Shown in pieces: positions 54,999 through 64,000 of a stretch of 64,000 nucleotides of DNA. The notes under the pieces were generated by a model. The model saw only the letters and a program-made list of their open reading frames with translations, ran no database searches and was not told where the DNA came from. A program made the translations under genes and the position numbers. Numbering within the stretch: position 1 is the stretch's first letter; each line of letters begins with the position of its first letter. The DNA is taken from assembly GCF_001194135.2 (NCBI RefSeq), contig NC_068985.1, positions 32,501,995 to 32,565,994 on the forward strand. Direction: 5' to 3'. This stretch comes from Octopus bimaculoides (Eukaryota).

Positions 54999-55783
54999 NN
55001 NNNNNNNNNNNNNNNNNNNNNNNNNNNNNNNNNNNNNNNNNNNNNNNNNNNNNNNNNNNNNNNNNNNNNNNNNNNNNNNNNNNNNNNNNNNNNNNNNNNN
55101 NNNNNNNNNNNNNNNNNNNNNNNNNNNNNNNNNNNNNNNNNNNNNNNNNNNNNNNNNNNNNNNNNNNNNNNNNNNNNNNNNNNNNNNNNNNNNNNNNNNN
55201 NNNNNNNNNNNNNNNNNNNNNNNNNNNNNNNNNNNNNNNNNNNNNNNNNNNNNNNNNNNNNNNNNNNNNNNNNNNNNNNNNNNNNNNNNNNNNNNNNNNN
55301 NNNNNNNNNNNNNNNNNNNNNNNNNNNNNNNNNNNNNNNNNNNNNNNNNNNNNNNNNNNNNNNNNNNNNNNNNNNNNNNNNNNNNNNNNNNNNNNNNNNN
55401 NNNNNNNNNNNNNNNNNNNNNNNNNNNNNNNNNNNNNNNNNNNNNNNNNNNNNNNNNNNNNNNNNNNNNNNNNNNNNNNNNNNNNNNNNNNNNNNNNNNN
55501 NNNNNNNNNNNNNNNNNNNNNNNNNNNNNNNNNNNNNNNNNNNNNNNNNNNNNNNNNNNNNNNNNNNNNNNNNNNNNNNNNNNNNNNNNNNNNNNNNNNN
55601 NNNNNNNNNNNNNNNNNNNNNNNNNNNNNNNNNNNNNNNNNNNNNNNNNNNNNNNNNNNNNNNNNNNNNNNNNNNNNNNNNNNNNNNNNNNNNNNNNNNN
55701 NNNNNNNNNNNNNNNNNNNNNNNNNNNNNNNNNNNNNNNNNNNNNNNNNNNNNNNNNNNNNNNNNNNNNNNNNNNNNNNNNNN
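54999..55783. other. Assembly gap inside the piggyBac element
   Basis: N run. Confidence 1.
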
Positions 55784-56050
55784 ATCCTACAGGAGCCAGT
55801 CAGGCGTTACTGGCAACGGCCACGCTCAAAATGGTGCATCTCATGTGCCACCCGCACAAGAACCAGTCCAGGGGCACTGGCAACGATCTTACTTGGCTTG
55901 CCGGGTCTTCTCACGCACAGCCCATTTCCAAAGGTCTCGGTCCGTAGTCATCGCCTCGGTGAGGCCCAATGTACGAAGGTCTTGCCTCACCACCTCAGCC
56001 CAGGTCTTCCTGGGCCTACCTCTTCCACGGGTTCCCTCAACTGTTAGGGT
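55784..56050 (-). mobile_element. RTE LINE 3' fragment nested in the piggyBac
   Basis: TVEGTRGRGRPRKTW...REKTRQAK* followed by the same 66-bp UTR units as 804-1125. Confidence 0.88.
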
Positions 56051-56919
56051 GTGGGAACCCGTGTGGGAACCCCTAATGCCCATAATAATACTTATGGCAA
56101 AATATGCTTTAATTTCATTCAATTTTATGGGAAACCACAAAGTAACCTTTTTTACGCTTTGTTTCCGCCGTAATCAATTCAAATAGGTACATCAGAAAAA
56201 GCAAAAAGAAATAGTCTAAAGCTTTACTCTCCTGGGTAAGACTGTGACTTGGTCCAGTTTCTTCAGAAAAATCACTGAAAGGAGTTTTTAAATTTTCACT
56301 CCATTCAGGTACCAATTCATTCTCTTTATCGCTGTCATCGGAACTCTCGGATTCACTGCTTTCATTTTCGGAAAATGAAACCACAGATTCATTATCAAAT
56401 ACCACGTGCTGTTTTTTTTTCGGTTACAGAGTTAGATTTATCAAGGTCTTCAACGGAAAACCCTTCGGATTCTGACTCGCTGCTTGACAGAATAAAATTC
56501 GTATCCATTTTTTTGTCAGGATTACAAATTTTGAAAAAAATCTCCCAAAATTAAGAAAACACATCGATCGTTGTACAAAACTATAGCTGAACTGTTTACA
56601 CAAATAATCACGTGTTTTCACGAATGTACTAACGAGATTTGCTCGGATATTCTCATTTAAATATGAATAGGTGATTACGGGTGGTTATGTCACATGAACC
56701 AAAATTTTTTTGGGGCAGCTTGGTAACGAAAGGGTTAATTTAAGTATTTTGATGAAATAATTGATTTTCCAATTACAGGACATCAGCTCTCCAAAGTGAC
56801 TGGACCTATCATCAAGAAGCATAAGGTACCAAGTTGTTATATTTTCTGATGTATGACCAATAATTGTTTAAATTTATTTTGAAAATAATGAAGAATTTAG
56901 TAAAATGAACATCATAATT

Positions 56920-57100
56920 AAGGCAGCAAGCTGGCAGAACCATTAGCACGCCAGGAAAGTGCTTAGCAATATTTCATCTGTCTTTACGCTCTGAGTTCAA
57001 ATTCGGCCAAGGTCGACTTTGCCTTTCAGCCTTTCCGGGTCAATGTAATCGACTAGTCTTCTCCCACCAAATTTCATGCCTTGTGCCTTTAGCAAAAAGG
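56920..57100 (+). mobile_element. SINE family B
   Basis: Similar to 37604; attaag on both flanks. Confidence 0.82.
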
Positions 57101-57340
57101 ATTATTAAGCTAGTGTTTGGAACATAAACATTCCCAACACTTGCACTACTGTTATGTAAATTAGAACAGACCAATTTGGCTCCAAGTTTGTGTCTGCAAT
57201 AAATAGCTATAAGCTACTACTCTGTGATCTATTTATGAAAGATCTGTATAGTTCTTCTATTAATTTGTATTAAGATAATACAAATTATTCATTCAAATGT
57301 CAAATTGATTCGCAAAGAATTTATACACCAAATTTCATAA

Positions 57341-57510
57341 TCCTTTCTATTGTAGACACAAAAGCTGAAATTTGGTAGGAGAAGGCTAGTGGATTACATC
57401 AACCTATTTTATTGACCCCAAAAGTATGAAAAGTTAACTTAGGTGGAATTTGAACTCAGAATATAAAGACATGAAATGCAACTAAACATTTTGTCCAGCA
57501 TACTAACAAT
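57341..57510 (-). mobile_element. SINE family B, degenerate
   Basis: Reverse-complement match to 56920-57100. Confidence 0.65.
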
Positions 57511-58199
57511 TTGATGAAGAAATTTAAGTAGATTTCACTCAAGACCAGTAAATACAAACTATAAAAGCTTCAACATTTAAACCAACTGTATCATGTGAAC
57601 ATACACTGGCCAAAGTAAGTTTAAGACCGATGATGACAGTTCTATTCTGTCATTCATTAATTTTTTAACATAACTTTATAAAATTATTTTACTTTATACA
57701 GTCTATGTAGAATTTCTCTCTTTCGAATGATACAGGTATTATATATTGTTCTATAATTTGAATAATTTTAATGTGCAATTAATTCAAATGATTAAAAATT
57801 GTTCACAAAGTAAGTTTAAAACCGTACCAACATTCTGTTTAAATTGAAAATTTACGACACAAATGATCAAGAAACAAAAATTTATTATTAGTATCTAGTT
57901 CCATAGCCATTATTTTTAATTACGGCCATACAGAAGTGGTACATGGAGTTTGATAAATGAGCACAAAAATGACTTGGAATGTTCTGCCATATTTCAATAA
58001 AATTATATAACTGGGACAAATTTTTTTTTTTTAGCATGAACTCTTGGAGAAATATAATTGCATAAATCTTCTACTGTATTCAAATCCTGGATCTGTGAAG
58101 GCCACTCAATAACCACCATATCATTACGTTCGAAATATTGCAAAACTTCCCTAGCCTTATGAACGAGGCAAACTGGAAAATAGACCCCAGTAGCATCTG

Positions 58200-60010
58200 A
58201 TTATTTAAATATGGCAGCCCATTTCCAACTGCTCTATCTATCCTGACATGGAGGGTATCAGCAATGAAGTCTATGACAAAACTCTCATTGACATTGAAGA
58301 CAGAGTTGCTACACTGGGTAGAGATGAATTGTCCACGTATGGCCTGCCACAAACATTCAAGTCAGGGTTGCTGTCATTCGGGAAACATCCTATGATACTC
58401 AAGCACTTTTGAAGTACACTGTTGAAAACGAACCTAAATTACTTCCAGACCAGCTGCCTACAGAACTATTCTTAACAGTGTACACCAGCGCGAGGGACGA
58501 ATCTTCTTCCTGGATGCTCCTGGAGGGACAGGAAAAACATTTATTATGTAGCTTCTCCTTGAAGAAGTTAGGCAGCACTAGGACGTTGCAGTAGCTGTGG
58601 CTTCCTCTGGGATTGCAGTTACTTTGTTACCCAGTGGCAGGACAGCACACTCGACTTTCAAACTCCCTCTCAATTTAGCAGCATCAGGAGCAGGTACTTA
58701 GGTGTCATCTGGGATGAGTGCACCATGGAAGAATTAGATAGAGCCCTGAAAGACGTTGGAGACTGTCAGGCTCCGATGGGAGTGTAACACTTCTGTTGTC
58801 AGGTGATTTCAGGCAAACTCTTCCTGTCAGTTCAAAAGGCACGAGAGCAGATGAGGTCCAAGCATGCCCAAAGTCCTCTACCCTGTGGCATCATTTTAAC
58901 TATCCTCAGTCTCACCACTAACATGAGAGCTCAGCTACACGGCAACCAAATGTCTGCAAAGTTTGCACAGGACATTCTGACACTTGCTTAAGGACAAAGT
59001 GCCTCTCGACACTGCAGGAGAAATGGAAGTGTGGCCATTTCCCTCTGTCATTAATTCTGTGGATGAGCTCAAACACAAAATATTCCCCAACATCACAGAA
59101 AATTACGAAATTCACCATTGGCCGTGTGAAAGAGCAATATTAGCTCCAAAAAACATTGCTGTTAAAAAAAAATAAATCAACAGCTAATGCATTCTTTTCC
59201 CCAGCACTCTTCACACTTACAAGTCTGCTGATACAATTCCAGATAAAAATAAGTGGTGAACTCTCCTCTTGAATTTCTCAATTCGTTGGAGCCTCCTGGA
59301 CTACCTCCCCACATATTAGCATTTAAAGTTGGAACTCTTGTAATGATATTCAGCAATCTAGAACCACCAAGACCTTACAATGGAACACAACCGGTGATAA
59401 AGAAAATGATGTCACAGGTAATTGAGGCTATCATTCTTTCTGGATGTAGAAAAGGCGATGACATCTTCATTCCAAAAATTCCTCTTACTCCTTCAGGAGC
59501 AGAAATTCCATTTATGTTTAGAAGACTGCAATTCCCTCTTCATGTCAGTTTTGCCATGTCCATTAACAAATCTCAGGGTCAAACTCTCTCTGTGGCTGGT
59601 CTTCTCTTGGAAGAGCCCTGCTTCTTGGCTGCTCAAGAGTGGGAAGCAAAAGAAACCCCTTTGCATATGCTCCACAAGGAAAAACAAGAAACATTGTTTA
59701 CGAGGCGTTATACTCACAACAGCCAGGAGGTGTACATGATCACTTTAAAAAAAAAAAAACCAAACTTCATGTACTTTTATGTATTTATATTAGTATATAT
59801 ATATATATATACATTGCTTGCCTAATGTTGGTATGTTTATGTCCCCATAAATTAGCAGCTTCACAAAAGAGACCAATAGAATGAATACTTTGAGTCAATT
59901 CTTTCGACTAAAGGCAATGCTCCAGTAACACCAGTCAAATGTTTTAAACAAGTAAAAGAATAAACAAATATGCCATTTCACTCCTGAGCAATGCCAGGTA
60001 TCTCTGCTAG
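58200..60010 (+). mobile_element. Helitron PIF1-helicase remnant with 3' hairpin-CTAG end
   Basis: FLDAPGGTGKTF (58501 onward), ASSGIAVTLL, WDECTM, GDFRQTLPV, LTTNMRA, RAILAPKN, GLPPH.L..KVG, QFPL...FAMSINKSQGQTL; hairpin cctg..cagg at 59983-59998 and CTAG at 60007-60010. Confidence 0.92.
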
Positions 60011-60011
60011 C

Positions 60012-60051
<40 letters not shown>

Positions 60052-60098
60052 ATATTAGGGATAAAAATCCAAATTTACAAGTAAAAACTGGAAGAATC

Positions 60099-60458
60099 AA
60101 TAAGTAAAAGCACAATAAATAAGTATAATATAATACAAAGTAAATATAAGATAATGATAATAAAACGACAACATGTATTTCATAACCAATTTTCAAATAG
60201 AAAGAATATTCAAATCGATTAAAGCTATCGAAAATCAATTATTTATTGTTGGTTGATATATACATTGTTTTATTATTATTGTTGTTGTTTTTGACCTGAA
60301 GATTAGCTATATTTTTGAATAGAATTGATTTTTGATCGATTTAAACATTCTTTCTATTTGAAAATTAGTTATGAAACACGTGTAGTCGTTTTATCATCAT
60401 TATCTTATGATATTTACTTTGTATTATATTATACTTATTTATTGTGCTTTTACTTATT
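60099..60458. repeat. Foldback inverted repeat, about 140-bp arms
   Basis: 60099-60240 is the near reverse complement of 60323-60458. Confidence 0.9.
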
Positions 60459-61113
60459 AATTTTTCTATATGTGACTGGATTTTCATCGATGAGTTCATG
60501 AAACTTGGTTATTTTCCCTAAAACTACATATATATATGAAATTAGTTCAAGGTTCCCCAGTACTACCTTTGTGGACCACAGGTTGGGAACCACTCTTTTT
60601 AATCTTAATTTCCAGATGTAAATGGGGAAACATTCTAGCTACATTATACAAACAGCAAAATTTATTCTTGTCTACCACTCAACAATTAAGTATTGGAGCT
60701 AAATGTAAATCCTTGTAAATGTTTCATACAACAAACACAATAGGTATTAACAAATCTGAGCAGTGTCATGCATACTACCCAGCTGGACAGAATTGCAAAC
60801 TATTTTGTGGTTTTTAATAACATTAACCAGTGTGAATTCTTTTCTTATATACATGAGAAGCCACAAGGTGCCACTACCAGCAAAAGATTACCGCCATATG
60901 AAATTTCGTGTTGACATTGCATCTCAGTCACTTCTCGAAAGCTAAATTAACTGAGGTGGTTATTAAAAAGAGAAAATACTGACGCAAAAGAGAAATGGTA
61001 GAAAGTTCTCATTGTAAATTGAAACCTATGCTTTCCTTTTGTAAAAGTGCCTTGTATAAAGGATGCTTTAGACAATTTCATGACAGTCTGAAAATATTTT
61101 CTATGACGGAAAT

Positions 61114-61440
61114 CATCATCATCATCGTTTAACGTCTGCTTTCCATGCTAGCATGGGTTGGACGACTTGACCGAGGACTGGTGAAACCGAATGGCAACAC
61201 CAAGCTCCAATCTAAATTTGGCAGAGTTTCTACAGCTGGATGCCCCTTGCAATTATATATTCCTGGTGTTTAAGAATGTGTGTGAAAATGAGTAATATTT
61301 ATTTCCATTAATGAGCACTATTAAGTGGTTGGCATTAAGAAGGGTATCCGGCAATAGAAACCATACAACAATTGGAATCTGGACAGCACTGCTAGCCAGC
61401 TCCACGCCAGCATGGAGACTGGATGTTAAATGATGATGAC
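61114..61440. mobile_element. Two (GAT)n-tailed retroelement ends in opposite orientation
   Basis: 61114-61246 (-) and 61326-61440 (+). Confidence 0.78.
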
Positions 61441-61562
61441 TACACATCTATATTCACATATTAACAAGCTTTCATTACTGGATACATTGTTATGTAGATG
61501 TATTTATTTAAGAGCACGTTACCAATACTATATTGACCTCTGAAAGTTTTGCACTATTTTTA

Positions 61563-62298
61563 NNNNNNNNNNNNNNNNNNNNNNNNNNNNNNNNNNNNNN
61601 NNNNNNNNNNNNNNNNNNNNNNNNNNNNNNNNNNNNNNNNNNNNNNNNNNNNNNNNNNNNNNNNNNNNNNNNNNNNNNNNNNNNNNNNNNNNNNNNNNNN
61701 NNNNNNNNNNNNNNNNNNNNNNNNNNNNNNNNNNNNNNNNNNNNNNNNNNNNNNNNNNNNNNNNNNNNNNNNNNNNNNNNNNNNNNNNNNNNNNNNNNNN
61801 NNNNNNNNNNNNNNNNNNNNNNNNNNNNNNNNNNNNNNNNNNNNNNNNNNNNNNNNNNNNNNNNNNNNNNNNNNNNNNNNNNNNNNNNNNNNNNNNNNNN
61901 NNNNNNNNNNNNNNNNNNNNNNNNNNNNNNNNNNNNNNNNNNNNNNNNNNNNNNNNNNNNNNNNNNNNNNNNNNNNNNNNNNNNNNNNNNNNNNNNNNNN
62001 NNNNNNNNNNNNNNNNNNNNNNNNNNNNNNNNNNNNNNNNNNNNNNNNNNNNNNNNNNNNNNNNNNNNNNNNNNNNNNNNNNNNNNNNNNNNNNNNNNNN
62101 NNNNNNNNNNNNNNNNNNNNNNNNNNNNNNNNNNNNNNNNNNNNNNNNNNNNNNNNNNNNNNNNNNNNNNNNNNNNNNNNNNNNNNNNNNNNNNNNNNNN
62201 NNNNNNNNNNNNNNNNNNNNNNNNNNNNNNNNNNNNNNNNNNNNNNNNNNNNNNNNNNNNNNNNNNNNNNNNNNNNNNNNNNNNNNNNNNNNNNNNNN
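61563..62298. other. Assembly gap that may hide the 5' exons of RPS14
   Basis: N run. Two further 10-N gaps lie at 35042-35051 and 63495-63504. Confidence 1.
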
Positions 62299-62421
62299 TG
62301 TGGTTGTGATTGTTTTTGGTTAGGCATAACGTATAACAGCGTTTCTCAACCTGATAATTTCGTGTCCCGTTTCGATTGGAGCCTCCAGCTGTATGAAGGT
62401 TTCACCCACTCCTGTCAGAAA

Positions 62422-62451
62422 ATGGCTTCAGGAGTTGTGAAGAAAGAATTT
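62422..62451 (+). CDS. Candidate coding exon of an unidentified gene (MASGVVKKEF)
   Basis: AAAATGG start context and GTAAGT donor at 62452. The frame is also open upstream to a possible acceptor at 62322-62323. No homology recognised. Confidence 0.35.
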
Positions 62452-63949
62452 GTAAGTAGTCTGTTTGTGAGAGCTATTCTATTGGACGTATGTCTAATCA
62501 TTAAAAGATTTATTTCATTATGAACATAGAAAATTATACATTAATCGCAATTTTTGTAAGCAGTTTTATCCATAAAAATTTTATTTGCAGAGAGCAGAAA
62601 TTGAAAGATATATGAAATGAATGTGCGTGTGTGTGTATGTGAGAGAGAAAGAGGGTAAGAAAGAGAGATAGAGCGAGTGAGTGAAAAGTAAAGAGAAGTA
62701 TGGAATATGAAGTATGGAATAAGTAATTGTTATACGCTTATAGAAAAACAATTTATATTATAGAAATTGATACATACCTGTTGAAGATTAAAATGTAAGA
62801 GCTACTGTTTTTAACGCGTGTATAATTATAAAGAAACTGAAAGACATGAAATGTCCGTTTGTGTGTATTTTTGCATTTAGCAGGAGTTGGTTTGTGTTTT
62901 ATCTCTCGACCAATGGCCAGACAAGTGAAAAGGGAAGGCGATCTTTGGAAGTGGGCATCGAATGAAGATACATGGACAGTTTTATGACTGAACTTCTTTT
63001 GACGTTGTGGTGTGAGGGGAGAATTGATGTGTGTGTATGTTTGATGGGGTGTGCTTGACAGAGATAGTAATGTTGATGATATATGTGTATATGAGAGAGG
63101 GAGAACTGAAATTTATAATTCAGTTTATTTATTAATATGTATATATATATGAATGGCTTCAGTGACACAGATGCATGCACGCAGGTTGTTTTAATCGAGT
63201 TTCTCTGTAAGTATGGGGACTAGGGGAAAAATAGAAAGCGCATTCCAATCTATGCACCCATCTCCACATGTGTGCCATTTTTCACGTGAAGCCACCCACC
63301 CATTTGGCCGTGAACCTCAAGACAAGATAGAATACAACGGTTGGCCAACTTCAATTTATATTATAGATTTGAAATTAGTTCAAGGATCCCCAGTACTACT
63401 TTTCTGGACCACAGGGATAATCTAAAAAAAATTTTTTTTTAATTTTAATTTCCAGATGTAAATGGGGAAACATTCTAGCTACATTATACAAACANNNNNN
63501 NNNNGAAATAGAGAAGGAATAAAATCTTGTACTAAGTAAACCTATATTTTAATTAATGCACCGGCCCTTGAATACTTTTAGTAACAAAAACATAATGGTT
63601 GGTATTGCTTTTACACATGTTAATTACACCATTTGGACAGAGAGGTCATATTTAACCCACCCACCCCAACAAAAAAAGTAAAAATATGTTAATTATAAAT
63701 CATTGGTAGTCAAACTACTGAGAAAATTTCAATATTGTATTTTAAAAAAAAACGGAAGTCACTAACAAATATTGATACTCTTCTTGAGCCTGATTAATTC
63801 AGAACAATGTAAAAGGCATTTGACAAAGTAAGCTTAATGCCAAAGGGCTAACGAAATGGAAATTGTGCTTGGACCAACTCGAGCATGTTGGTGATTATCT
63901 TCACTTTCAGTTTTCTGCTGGCCACAAATCTCTTAACACCTAATTACAG

Positions 63950-63996
63950 GACATCAGCTCTCCAAGGTGATTGGACCTATCATTGAGAAACATAAG
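63950..63996 (+). CDS. Candidate 47-nt coding exon (HQLSKVIGPIIEKHK)
   Basis: aattacag acceptor, AAG|GTAC donor, a single open frame; diverged copy at 56779-56825. Confidence 0.35.
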
Positions 63997-64000
63997 GTAC

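Larger units (their letters stand above)
54626..56734 (-). mobile_element. Internally deleted piggyBac element with transposase N-terminal remnant
   Basis: Perfect 14-bp TIRs CCCTTTCGTTACCA / TGGTAACGAAAGGG with TTAA at 54622-54625 and 56735-56738. - strand acidic N-terminus then F.EETGP...LDYFFLLF...I.AET (56405-56115). Confidence 0.85.

Noticed and set aside
60704-60710. T|GA junction codon as selenocysteine if the 89-nt and 47-nt cassettes are spliced
   Set aside because: Depends on an unproven model and mixes two copies; an alternative donor at AA|GTATTG removes the stop, and I saw no SECIS.
60880-60930. - strand ATGGCG|GTAATC as the first RPS14 exon
   Set aside because: The rest of the N-terminal exon would have to lie between 50028 and 60880, where the only gap is inside a piggyBac.
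54942-62523. Long ORFs of 250-414 aa in the ORF track (also 38227-38476 and 48686-49197)
   Set aside because: Artefacts of translating N runs as X.

Overview
This is AT-rich, microsatellite-rich animal genomic DNA with six N-gaps. The SINE/RTE repeat types suggest a coleoid cephalopod such as Octopus (inference). Two spliced genes are well supported and lie tail to tail. (1) On the + strand, the last nine coding exons of a PSD/EFA6 Arf6 GEF (Sec7 C-half, PH domain, coiled coil, tail) run from 407 to 29028. All have GT-AG boundaries with compatible phases, giving 1372 coding nt. (2) On the - strand, the last three coding exons of 40S ribosomal protein S14 (162+77+68 nt) run from 50027 down to 47521; the N-terminal coding exon is not visible. 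Most of the rest is decayed mobile DNA: RTE, R4/Dong-like and CR1-like LINEs, tRNA-type SINEs, Tc1/mariner, piggyBac elements and MITEs, a Helitron and a Penelope-like element. I see no convincing evidence of a wholly new biological system. The best leads are a Penelope-like element with a long inverted duplication, a tRNA-like segment and a decayed minimal hammerhead ribozyme; a candidate unannotated + strand gene at the right edge whose exon-like cassettes are duplicated upstream; a twin-priming-type LINE inversion; a TTAA-flanked piggyBac with a nested LINE; and several short-range inverted repeats that could be dsRNA editing substrates.
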